From NCBI GenBank assembly GCA_965372875.1, contig CBDVDY010000001.1, positions 1 through 42,655 on the forward strand: 42,655 nt of DNA, given 5' to 3'. The stretch comes from an uncultured Alphaproteobacteria bacterium. Lineage in GTDB: Bacteria > Pseudomonadota > Alphaproteobacteria > CBDVDY01. The translations under genes were made by a program, and so were the position numbers. A model generated the notes under the pieces. It saw only the letters and a list, made by a program, of their open reading frames with translations. It did not search any database and was not told the origin of the DNA. This document shows, piece after piece, positions 34,390-42,655 of this stretch. Each line of letters opens with the position of its first letter. Position 1 is the first letter of the stretch.

Positions 34390-36477
34390 TCAGCGTCCCT
34401 CGCGCCTCCAGGCGAGCAGGAGAGCGGCCAGCGCAAGCACCAGCACCAACACGCCGGGCAGGACCGGCACCTGGCGGATGCCGGTCACGATATAATCGCC
34501 GTTGGCGCGCAAACCGATCCAGCCCTGTTTGCCCAAACGGTTCCTGCCCGCGACCTCGCGTCCCGGGCGGACTCGGCGGATCTCGGGAAACGATTCCTCC
34601 GCCAGCCAAATCACGCCGCCGCCGCTCGCCGCGATCACTGGCGCGAGCCGCTCGTCGGTCGCGCGCATGTCGGCCACTTCGCGTGGGTTGAGCGTGCCCG
34701 CCGCGACCATCGTCGCCCGGCTATGATCGCGAACTCGGTAAAGGCCGGGCGAATCCACGGCGACGCTGCCGGTGGCCCGCCCGCGGCCGATCTCCTCCAA
34801 CTCCAGCGTCCGCACTTCTCCGGACGGCGCGGTGATTTCGACCGGGCCGTTGTCCGGCAGGAGACTTCGTCTCGTGACCTCCAAGCGGCCGCCGCGAACC
34901 TCGGCGCGCAGATCGTTCTCTTCGAGTTCAGGCTCCTTCATCAGCCAGTGCGCCAGCCGCCGCAACAGCTCCGCCTGCGGCCCGCCGCCTTCGAACCCGC
35001 GGCCCCAAAGCCAGATCTGATCGCTCATGAACTGCGCGACCCGGCCCTCGCCGACCCGGTCGAGAATGAGCAGCGGCCGGCCCTCGGCCCCGGTCATCAA
35101 CGTGTCGCCGCGATCGACGGTGGCGTCGATCAGGCGGAACCAGCGGCCCCACCGACGCTCCTTTCCCGTCACCCCCGGAAGCTCGGCGGTCACCGGGTGG
35201 CGCAAACCCTTGGCCGCGACCTCGGCCCGGAACCCGCCGACGCGCACGTCGCCGGTCGGCCGGCCGGGCAGGATAGGTTGCAGCGGCGTGCGGTAGAGTG
35301 AGAGCGGCGTGGCGAACGCGGGGCCCACCGCGACCAGAAGCGCGCCGCCGCGCTCCACATACTGGGCGACGTTGCCGATATAACGCGACAGGATGACGCC
35401 GCGCCGCCGGTAGCGGTCGAAAATGATGAGATCGAATTCCTCCAGCCGCGCCTCGAACAGCTCGCGGGTCGGGAAGCTGATCAGCGACAACTCGTCCACC
35501 GGCGTTCGGTCCTGTTTTTCCGGCGGCCGGAGAATGGTGAAATGGACCAGATCGACCGCCGGATCGGATTTCAGCAGGTTCCGCCAGCTGCGTTCGCCCG
35601 GGTGCGGCTCGCCCGATATGAGCAGGACCCGCAAACGATCGCGAACGCCGTTGACGGCGACGACGGCGGTATTGTTGGCGCTGGACAATTCGCCAGGTAC
35701 GGCTTCGACTTCGAGCTCGAAATAGGTCGTACCGGCGTGGTCGAGCTGGATTTCGACCTTGCGCTCTTGCCCGACCGGAACTCTCAACGCGCGCCACGTC
35801 TTGCCGTCGCGCCGGAGGTTGATGCGCGCCAACTCGCCATTGCCGCCGGGCAGATCGTCGACCCGCACGGTCATTTCGAGCGGCTTGCCGACGAGGCCGT
35901 AGTTGGGCGCCTGGACCACGACCAGCCGGCGATCGCCCCTGTTCGGGTCGCCGCTGATCAAGGCATGGAACGGACTGTAGCGGGCGCGATCAGCCTGCTC
36001 GTCGGGCACGTCGTGAACCTGCCCGTCGGTAATCATGACGATGCCGGCGAGGCGCCGCTCCGGCAGCTCGGAAAGCGCCCGCGCGAGATCGCCGAACAGT
36101 TGGGTGCCGTCGCTGCCGCCCGACCCTTTTCCCGCGCGCACGACCCGTAGCTCGAGATCGGGGAAGCGATCGACGGCCGCGCGGAGCCGGGCCAGCGCCG
36201 CTTCGCTTTGCCGCCGTCTCTGGCCGATGTCCTGGCTTGGCGACTCGTCGACGACAGCGATCGCTATGTCGGGGAGCGCTTCGCGCTGTTCCAGAACGAG
36301 CGAAGGGTTGGCCAACGTCAACAGCAAAACCGCCGCGGCCAGCAGCCTCCAGCCCAGCCCGGACGCGCGCACGTAAAACGTATAGCCGAGAACCAGGGCC
36401 GTCGCGGCCGCGAGGGCGGCCAGCGCCGTCCATGGCAAAAGAGGCGCGAAGGCGGCGCTGGCTTCCATGCCGCTCAT
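34390..36477 (-). CDS. Membrane protein with a VWA-like domain and a GATase1-like domain (fourth gene of the MoxR block)
   Basis: Two N-terminal TM helices. MIDAS-like VVDESPS ... ITDG. A final C-terminal TM. ATGA overlap with the upstream gene (36474-36477). Confidence 0.8.
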   Translation of the reverse strand: MSGMEASAAFAPLLPWTALAALAAATALVLGYTFYVRASGLGWRLLAAAVLLLTLANPSLVLEQREALPDIAIAVVDESPSQDIGQRRRQSEAALARLRAAVDRFPDLELRVVRAGKGSGGSDGTQLFGDLARALSELPERRLAGIVMITDGQVHDVPDEQADRARYSPFHALISGDPNRGDRRLVVVQAPNYGLVGKPLEMTVRVDDLPGGNGELARINLRRDGKTWRALRVPVGQERKVEIQLDHAGTTYFELEVEAVPGELSSANNTAVVAVNGVRDRLRVLLISGEPHPGERSWRNLLKSDPAVDLVHFTILRPPEKQDRTPVDELSLISFPTRELFEARLEEFDLIIFDRYRRRGVILSRYIGNVAQYVERGGALLVAVGPAFATPLSLYRTPLQPILPGRPTGDVRVGGFRAEVAAKGLRHPVTAELPGVTGKERRWGRWFRLIDATVDRGDTLMTGAEGRPLLILDRVGEGRVAQFMSDQIWLWGRGFEGGGPQAELLRRLAHWLMKEPELEENDLRAEVRGGRLEVTRRSLLPDNGPVEITAPSGEVRTLELEEIGRGRATGSVAVDSPGLYRVRDHSRATMVAAGTLNPREVADMRATDERLAPVIAASGGGVIWLAEESFPEIRRVRPGREVAGRNRLGKQGWIGLRANGDYIVTGIRQVPVLPGVLVLVLALAALLLAWRREGR

Positions 36478-39200
36478 TGCCCGAGCCGTTCCAGGATCGC
36501 CGGCACGTGCACCTGGTCGGACTTGTAATTGCCGGTCAGCGCGTACATCACCAGATTGATGCCGCTCCTGAAGGCGTATTCGCGCTGGTCCTCGCCGCCC
36601 GGGACGACCGCGAACAGCGGACGGTCGTCGTCGCCGGTGGCCCAGGCGCCGCCCCAGTCGTTCGTGCTGACCACGACCGAAGAGACACCGTCATTGACGT
36701 CTCGCCTGGCGCGTTCGACCCATACCGTGCCGCCCGCCCAGCGGCCCGGAAACTGGCGCAGCAGGTAAAATGTCTTGGTCAGCACGTGGCCATCGGGAAT
36801 CGGCGTCAGCTGCGGGATGTGCAGTCCGCGCGTAAGACGCCGGAGCTCGCGCGTGCCCGGCTGGCCCAGCCCGCCCGAGCGGTCGCGCACGTCGAGCACC
36901 AGGATACCGCCGCTGGAAATGAACCGGTTGAGCCGTTCCGCGGCGGCCGGAGACGGCGGTGTCTGGCCGGACGTGATTGGCCAATAGACGAGGGGAAAGA
37001 AGATCAGTTCGTCGAATTCCGGGTCGACCGCCATGGGCGCGCCCGGTTCGACCGAGGTGCGCGTCCGCAGCATCCAGCGCAGGCCCCTGAGCGCGGCCTC
37101 GGAAATCCTGTCGATTTCGGCATCGCCGGTGAGCAGATAGGCGAGATGGGTCTCGCCGGTAGCCGCGAGCGCGAACGCGTCGCCGTCGCGATCGCCCGGT
37201 TCCTCGGCGTCCGCGGGCGCGGCCGGAAGCAGGACCAGCGCCGCGACAATGGCTGACGTGGCCGCCACGGCGCCGGCCGATCCCGAGCGCAATCCTCGAA
37301 ATGCCAATGAAATCACCAGATCCGCAAGCATCAGCAGCAGCGCCGCGGCCATCAGCCAGGGCATCAGATCGAATTCGCGTTCAAGGCCGTAGAAGCCGCG
37401 CGCGACGCCCGAGGGCAAATCACCGAGCGGCCCGATATCGGTCAACCCGGCGGAGAGGTTGAGGCTGCGTCGGACGGCCTCGGTGCCATAAAATCCCGGC
37501 GGGTGGCGCGGGCGGGCGAAGGTCTTTTCGAAGGAAGCGGCCGGGATCGCGGCCGCCGTCGCGGGCGCCCGTTGCAGGCGCCCGAACCCGTCCAGGGTTT
37601 CCACCGGCGGCAGGCTGCCCTCGGCGTCGCCCGCGGCCACGCCTTGGCTCAGTCCAACGAGCCGCCGCAGCATGTCGACGAACAGGCCCGAGAGCGTGAG
37701 GTTGGACCAGCCGGTGTTGGCGGTGGTGTGCAGCAGGACCAGCCAGCCCCGACCACGCCGCTCGGCGGTCACCAGCGGCGTGCCATCGGTCAGCCGGGCC
37801 CAGGTCTTCTTTCCGAGATCGGCCGCCGGTTCCGCCAGCACTTGCCGCCGGATCACCACATCCTCGGGAATGGCGAGGCCGGCGAACGGGCTGGACGGCT
37901 CGAACCGCGCAAGCCGCATCGGCTGGGTCCACGACATGCTTCCGCCGAACGTGCGGTCGCCGCGGCGCAGGCGCACCGGAACCAGTTCGTCGTCGGCCTC
38001 GGCGAGGCGCGGTCCGGCAAACCGGACGACCACGCCGCCCGATTGCAACCAGTCGGTGATGCGCGACCGCGCGGATCCGGTGATCGGTCCGGGATCGGCC
38101 AGGATCAGCACCGAAAGCGGCCGCGCGAGAAGCTCGGCGGCGTTGCCGCGGCGCACTTCGCCGTAAGGACCCAGCGCGCGCTCCAGGTAGTAGGCCTCGC
38201 TCAGCAGCGGATGGCCGGTAAGCGCCGACCCTGTCACCAAGCCGATCGGGCGGCGGCGCCAGCGCTCGTCCAGCAGCACCAGCGACGCGGCCGTGCGCTG
38301 GCCCTCCACCTCCAGCCGCGCGACCCGGTTGCGCAGTTCCGACGGCAGTTCCAGCGCGGCGTCGGCGCTTGACGACCCCGGCGCGAAGCGAACCTCGCGG
38401 CGGGCCAGCACCCGACCGTTGTCGGCCATCGCCCGCACCCATACAAGCGCCGGGCCATCGGACCCGACGCGCAGAAGCCGCGCGCCGAGTTGTGTGCCTT
38501 CGATCACCGGCGGCAGCATCACCACCGGCCGGTCTTCCGGCGCGTCGACAATGACGCGCAGCGAGCCAAGACGTTGCAGCCGCTCGGCGAGATTCGCCGC
38601 CGCCTCATCGTCGATACCGTCGCTCAGCCAGACGGCATTGGCGGAGCCGGGTATTTCGAGCCGCTCCAGCGCGGCGGCGGCGGCGGCGCGGTCGGTCGGC
38701 CATGGCAGCGGGACAAGCGCCCGCGCCAAGGTCCGCGCGTCGGTGGCGCGCAAGAGCTTGCTGGCTTCCAACGGCGCCTCTTCGCTGCTCCGCGCGGTGG
38801 CCAGCAGAATAACCGGCCGTTGCGCCCGTTCGGCCTGTGCCAGAAGCTCGCCGATCTCCTGCTCGCGGGCGGGCCAATCGGCCGCCGCGGCCCAACCATT
38901 GTCGACCACCAGAACCAGCGGGCCGCTGCCCGTGAACTCGGCGCCCGGGTTCAGGATCGGCCGGGCCAGGCCGACTATGATCAGCGCCGCCAGCACCGTT
39001 CGCAGGATCAGCAGCCACAGCGGCGTGTGCGCCGGGGTCTCTTCCTTCTGTCGCAACCCGAACAGGAGTCGGACGGCGGGAAACCGGATCAGCCGGGGCG
39101 TCGGCGGCGTCACCCGCAACAGCCACCACAACACCGGCAGGACCGCGAGCGCGAGCAGAATCCACGGGCTGGCAAAGGCCAATGGTCCGAGGCTCAGCAT
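36474..39200 (-). CDS. BatA_N (aerotolerance-regulator N-terminal double-TM) / DUF4159 family membrane protein, 908 aa
   Basis: MLSLGPLAFASPWILLALAVLPVLWWLLRVTPP N-terminus. C-terminal DUF4159-like REYAFRSGINLVMYALTGNYKSDQVH. Confidence 0.8.
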   Translation of the reverse strand: MLSLGPLAFASPWILLALAVLPVLWWLLRVTPPTPRLIRFPAVRLLFGLRQKEETPAHTPLWLLILRTVLAALIIVGLARPILNPGAEFTGSGPLVLVVDNGWAAAADWPAREQEIGELLAQAERAQRPVILLATARSSEEAPLEASKLLRATDARTLARALVPLPWPTDRAAAAAALERLEIPGSANAVWLSDGIDDEAAANLAERLQRLGSLRVIVDAPEDRPVVMLPPVIEGTQLGARLLRVGSDGPALVWVRAMADNGRVLARREVRFAPGSSSADAALELPSELRNRVARLEVEGQRTAASLVLLDERWRRRPIGLVTGSALTGHPLLSEAYYLERALGPYGEVRRGNAAELLARPLSVLILADPGPITGSARSRITDWLQSGGVVVRFAGPRLAEADDELVPVRLRRGDRTFGGSMSWTQPMRLARFEPSSPFAGLAIPEDVVIRRQVLAEPAADLGKKTWARLTDGTPLVTAERRGRGWLVLLHTTANTGWSNLTLSGLFVDMLRRLVGLSQGVAAGDAEGSLPPVETLDGFGRLQRAPATAAAIPAASFEKTFARPRHPPGFYGTEAVRRSLNLSAGLTDIGPLGDLPSGVARGFYGLEREFDLMPWLMAAALLLMLADLVISLAFRGLRSGSAGAVAATSAIVAALVLLPAAPADAEEPGDRDGDAFALAATGETHLAYLLTGDAEIDRISEAALRGLRWMLRTRTSVEPGAPMAVDPEFDELIFFPLVYWPITSGQTPPSPAAAERLNRFISSGGILVLDVRDRSGGLGQPGTRELRRLTRGLHIPQLTPIPDGHVLTKTFYLLRQFPGRWAGGTVWVERARRDVNDGVSSVVVSTNDWGGAWATGDDDRPLFAVVPGGEDQREYAFRSGINLVMYALTGNYKSDQVHVPAILERLGQ

Positions 39201-39216
39201 GGCAACCCGTCGTCCG

Positions 39217-40122
39217 TCATCGCAGCAGCGCGCCCGACATGATCATGTACAGGGCGAGCAAGGCCGTCTCCGGCGGCTGGTGGCTGTGGTGCCGGGTGAA
39301 CGACCAGCCGACGTGCCGGCAGATCGATTCCAGCCCGTCGACATGGGCGCCGAGCCGCGCGCGATATTCCGCGCGGGCGCTTTCCACCCGGCGCACCAGC
39401 ACGTCGCCTTCTCCCTCCAATCCTTCGAACCGGGTCCGCCCGCGGAAGGGCAGGTCCTCCTCCGCCGGATCCAGAACTTGCAGCAGATGTCCATTGACGC
39501 CGCGTCCGGCGAAGCGGCGCACGAGGTCGTTGGTCTCCTCGATCGGCGCCAGGAAATCTCCGATCAGCACGAGGTGAGCGTGCCGCGGCAAGGGCTCGAA
39601 TCCGGGCAGATCCCCGCCGCCACCCTCGGCGGCCTTGAATCGTCGTTCGTCGAGCACGGAGTGGGCGAGGCGTTCGAGGGTTGCGCGGCCGCTCGACGGC
39701 ACCGATCCGTCGCCCAGGAGTGCGATGTGCTCGCCGGCGCGCACCAGGAGCGACGCCAGCGCCAGCAGCAGCAAATCCGCGCGCTCGCGTTTCTCCGGCA
39801 GATCGTCGGCGGAGGCGTAGCGCATCGACGCCGAAACATCGCACCACAACCAGATGCTCTGCGCGGCCTCCCACTCGGTTTCCCGCACGAACAGGTGGCG
39901 GGTCTTGGCCGACTGACGCCAGTCGATCATCTGCGCCGAATCGGTCGATTCGTAGCGGCGGAACTGCCAGAACGTCTCGCCCTGGCCGACGCGGCGCCTG
40001 CCGTGCACGCCTTGCGCGATGGTCGAGGCGACGCGCTCGGCGGCGACCAGGAGCGGCGGCAGCCCGGCGGCGATTTCCTCGGCGCGGTGCCGCGAGAGTT
40101 GCAGATTCGCGCTCGTCGCCAT
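39217..40122 (-). CDS. DUF58 domain protein (VWA-related partner of MoxR ATPases)
   Basis: GVHGRRRVGQGETFWQFRRYESTDSAQMIDWRQSAK and WLWCDVSASM motifs. Confidence 0.85.
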   Translation of the reverse strand: MATSANLQLSRHRAEEIAAGLPPLLVAAERVASTIAQGVHGRRRVGQGETFWQFRRYESTDSAQMIDWRQSAKTRHLFVRETEWEAAQSIWLWCDVSASMRYASADDLPEKRERADLLLLALASLLVRAGEHIALLGDGSVPSSGRATLERLAHSVLDERRFKAAEGGGGDLPGFEPLPRHAHLVLIGDFLAPIEETNDLVRRFAGRGVNGHLLQVLDPAEEDLPFRGRTRFEGLEGEGDVLVRRVESARAEYRARLGAHVDGLESICRHVGWSFTRHHSHQPPETALLALYMIMSGALLR

Positions 40123-40144
40123 GACCCGCGTCCTCGGCCGGCGG

Positions 40145-41161
40145 TCAGCCGACGGCCGCGCGCAACCGGTCGATCACCTGATCCACGGTGACACCGTCGG
40201 CGCGGGCCGAGAAGTTCAGCGCCATGCGGTGGCGCAGCACGGGAGGGGCCAGCGCCAACACGTCCTCGACGGACGGCGCGAGCCTGCCCTGGAGAACCGC
40301 GCGGGCGCGAACCGCCAGCATCAGCGCCTGGCTCGCGCGCGGACCCGGCGCCCAGGCCACGTGGTCACGGATCTCCGGGATGGCGCTGGTTTCGGGGCGC
40401 CCCTCGCGCACCAGCGTGAGGATCGCCTCGACCACGCTTTCGCCGACCGGCACGCCGCGGATCGTCTCCTGCGCCCGGGCCAGCTCCTTGGCCGTCAGAA
40501 CCTTTTCGGGCTTGTCCTCGACCAGCCCCGTGGTGGCGATCATCATGCGCCGTTCGGATTCGGCGTCGGGATAGCCGACGTCGATTTGCAACAGGAAACG
40601 ATCGAGCTGCGCTTCCGGCAGCGGATAAATGCCTTCCTGCTCGAGCGGATTTTGTGTCGCCAGCACGTGAAACGGCGAGGGCAGGGGATGGTAATGCCCG
40701 GCGACCGTCACGCGGTGCTCCTGCATTGCCTGCAACAGCGCCGACTGGGTACGCGGGCTGGCGCGGTTGATTTCGTCCGCCATCAATAGCTGGCAGAACA
40801 CCGGCCCCTTGATAAAGCGGAACGAGCGCTTGCCGGTGTCGGATTCCTCCAGCACCTCCGAGCCCAATATGTCCGCCGGCATCAGGTCCGGCGTGCACTG
40901 CACCCGCTTGTCGTCGAGCCCCAGGGTCAGCCCGAGCGTCTCGACCAGCCGCGTCTTCGCCAGTCCCGGAACGCCGATCAACAGGGCGTGACCGCCGGCA
41001 AGCAGCGTGATAAGAGTTTCGTCGACGACCTCGTCCTGACCGAAGATGACCCGCGCGATGCTGGTCCTGACTTCGGCCATGCGCTGGCCGAGCGATTCAA
41101 CTTCGGCGATCAACTTGTCCGGGGAATCGGCGTCGGCCAGGCCGGATTCGGGTGCGCTCAA
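40145..41161 (-). CDS. MoxR-family AAA+ ATPase
   Basis: Walker A GVPGLAKT, Walker B LLMADEINRA. TTG start at 41159-41161(c) with GGAGGTG 6 nt upstream. Confidence 0.9.
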   Translation of the reverse strand: MSAPESGLADADSPDKLIAEVESLGQRMAEVRTSIARVIFGQDEVVDETLITLLAGGHALLIGVPGLAKTRLVETLGLTLGLDDKRVQCTPDLMPADILGSEVLEESDTGKRSFRFIKGPVFCQLLMADEINRASPRTQSALLQAMQEHRVTVAGHYHPLPSPFHVLATQNPLEQEGIYPLPEAQLDRFLLQIDVGYPDAESERRMMIATTGLVEDKPEKVLTAKELARAQETIRGVPVGESVVEAILTLVREGRPETSAIPEIRDHVAWAPGPRASQALMLAVRARAVLQGRLAPSVEDVLALAPPVLRHRMALNFSARADGVTVDQVIDRLRAAVG

Positions 41162-41200
41162 AATACACCTCCGTCTTGGGGGAACATATAGTGTGGATCG

Positions 41201-41776
41201 ATGAGCAAAGCATCACCGAATATTGCCCGCCTTGCAAAACAAATTGGCGCGAGCGCGGGCGCCGCCGACGGTGACGCGCCACTCGACGATACCTGCGGCG
41301 ACTTCGGCATTCGCATCGCCCGCGACGGAACCTGGTACTATCAGAATTCTCCCATCGGTCGCAAATCGCTGGCCAAGTTGTTTTCGACGGTTTTGCGGCG
41401 GGACGAGGACGGCGATTACTGGCTCGTCACGCCGGTCGAACGGGGGCGCATCGAAGTCGAGGACGCGCCCTTCGTCGCGGTGCGGCTCGCCGTCGCCGGA
41501 ACTGGCCGCGACCAGGTGCTGACCATGGAGACCAATCTTGACGACAGTGTGACAATCGACGCGGAGCACCCGATTCGCGTTGCCCACGATCCCGAAACCC
41601 GGGAGCCGACGCCCTACGTGCTGGTGCGCGGCCGGCTCGAGGCGCGCATCGGCCGCGCGGTGTATTACGAGCTGGTCGAACTGGGCGTGGAACGCGAGGG
41701 CGGAAGTGGCCATATCTACGGTGTATGGAGCAGCGGTGAATTCTTCCCGCTGGGTCAGTTGACGGAGACGGCGTGA
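41201..41776 (+). CDS. DUF1285 family protein
   Basis: IRIARDGTWYYQNSPIGRKSLAKLFSTVLRRDEDGDYWLVTPVERG matches the family core. GTGA-coupled to the next gene. Confidence 0.8.
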   Translation: MSKASPNIARLAKQIGASAGAADGDAPLDDTCGDFGIRIARDGTWYYQNSPIGRKSLAKLFSTVLRRDEDGDYWLVTPVERGRIEVEDAPFVAVRLAVAGTGRDQVLTMETNLDDSVTIDAEHPIRVAHDPETREPTPYVLVRGRLEARIGRAVYYELVELGVEREGGSGHIYGVWSSGEFFPLGQLTETA

Positions 41777-42429
41777 ACCGGGAACTCGTGCAAAGCCGCA
41801 TGGCCCGCCTGGGCGCCGCCGGCGGAGAAAGTGGACCGGAGGCCAGCGCCGGCCCGCGTTCCAGCGCCAATGGCGCCGCCGGTATCGGCCAGCGCGGCGA
41901 CCATGATCTCAACCCCGATCTCGTGCCCGAAGGCGAGCTGATCGACGCCGCCGTGCTGATTCCGATCGTTGACCGGGCCGACGGCATGACCGTGCTGCTT
42001 ACCCAGCGCACCGAGCACCTGAACGACCACGCCGGCCAGGTCAGTTTCCCCGGCGGCCGGGTCGAGGCGGGGGATGCCGACCCGGTGGCCACCGCGCTGA
42101 GGGAGACCGAGGAGGAGATCGGCCTCGCCGCCAGCCACGTCGAAGTCATCGGCCGGCTCGACGATTACCTGACCCGCACCGGGTTTCTCGTGACCCCGGT
42201 GGTGGGGCTGGTGGCGCCGCCCTTCACGCTCGAGCTCGACAGTTTCGAGGTCGCCGAGGCGTTCGAGGTGCCGCTCGCCTTCGTGCTCGATGCGGCGAAC
42301 CACGAGCGGCACAGCCGTGTCTGGAACGGCGCCGAACGGTACTTCTACGTGCTGCCCTTCGAGGACCGGTACATCTGGGGCGCCACCGCCGGCATACTGG
42401 TCAACCTTTTCGAGGTTTTGCGCGACTGA
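41773..42429 (+). CDS. NUDIX hydrolase, CoA pyrophosphatase subfamily
   Basis: Nudix box GGRVEAGDADPVATALRETEEEIGL, preceded by the CoAse motif LLTQRTEHLNDHAGQVSFPGG. Confidence 0.8.
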   Translation: MNRELVQSRMARLGAAGGESGPEASAGPRSSANGAAGIGQRGDHDLNPDLVPEGELIDAAVLIPIVDRADGMTVLLTQRTEHLNDHAGQVSFPGGRVEAGDADPVATALRETEEEIGLAASHVEVIGRLDDYLTRTGFLVTPVVGLVAPPFTLELDSFEVAEAFEVPLAFVLDAANHERHSRVWNGAERYFYVLPFEDRYIWGATAGILVNLFEVLRD

Positions 42430-42655
42430 TGGTGCGAATCATTATCCAGCATCTGCTCCTGTTCCTGCTGCCGACGGTGATGTACGGAATCTACCTGAGT
42501 TGGGCGCGCCGCCGCGCCCAGGCCGCCGGCCAAATGGCGCCGGCGTGGCAAGAGGGTTCCTGGTTCTGGTTGATCGTATCCGGCGGGCTCTTGGTAATAT
42601 TTTCGCTGGCCGCATTGGCGACCTTCGGCGGCGCCGGGCCGGAGGCGGTGTACGA
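42429..42655 (+). CDS. Small membrane protein, 3'-truncated by the window end
   Basis: ATG shares one nucleotide with the preceding TGA (TGATG). MVRIIIQHLLLFLLPTVMYGIYLSW... predicts two hydrophobic helices. Confidence 0.5.
   Translation, partial: MVRIIIQHLLLFLLPTVMYGIYLSWARRRAQAAGQMAPAWQEGSWFWLIVSGGLLVIFSLAALATFGGAGPEAVY

Noticed and set aside
1-42655. Looked for tRNA, rRNA, CRISPR arrays, transposases, integrases, and phage or toxin-antitoxin and defence-system hallmarks
   Set aside because: None were recognised by eye on either strand. The absence of short ncRNAs cannot be guaranteed without covariance-model searches (tRNAscan-SE, Infernal/Rfam).

Overview
High-GC (about two-thirds G+C by eye) chromosomal window with alphaproteobacterial gene content (three-subunit PntAA/PntAB/PntB, COQ9-like protein near rpsU, DUF1285 plus CoA-pyrophosphatase, MoxR/DUF58/DUF4159 block). 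I support about 40 CDS. The many long Arg/Ala/Gly/Pro-rich ORFs in the six-frame track are antisense or off-frame shadows of them. Contents in order: two tandem prpE-like acyl-CoA synthetases facing two more ANL ligases; a DUF465/TIGR02444/pfk block; a GGDEF protein; purE; a tiny Gly/Tyr/His-rich lipoprotein; COQ9-like, def and rpsU; an oxidoreductase plus VOC pair; pntAA-AB-B; GFA; an ABC1/UbiB kinase; a 167-bp inverted-repeat element; pepF; a fifth ANL ligase. Next comes a tightly coupled five-gene operon: diheme cytochrome c, a NapA-family molybdoenzyme, NapG-like, an extended NapH-like and NapF-like, with no NapB, NapC or NapD. After it lie a UDP-sugar epimerase, an AT-rich patch with marR and a DcaP-like porin, a four-gene MoxR/DUF58/BatA_N-DUF4159/VWA membrane operon, then DUF1285, a NUDIX CoA pyrophosphatase and a partial membrane protein. 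I saw no rRNA, tRNA, CRISPR array, transposase or integrase. Best candidates for undescribed biology are the non-canonical Nap-like operon (24060-30214), the uncharacterised MoxR-VWA envelope module (34390-41161) and the CACAGAG-repeat inverted element (20046-20212). All family calls rest on motif recognition by eye; no searches were run.
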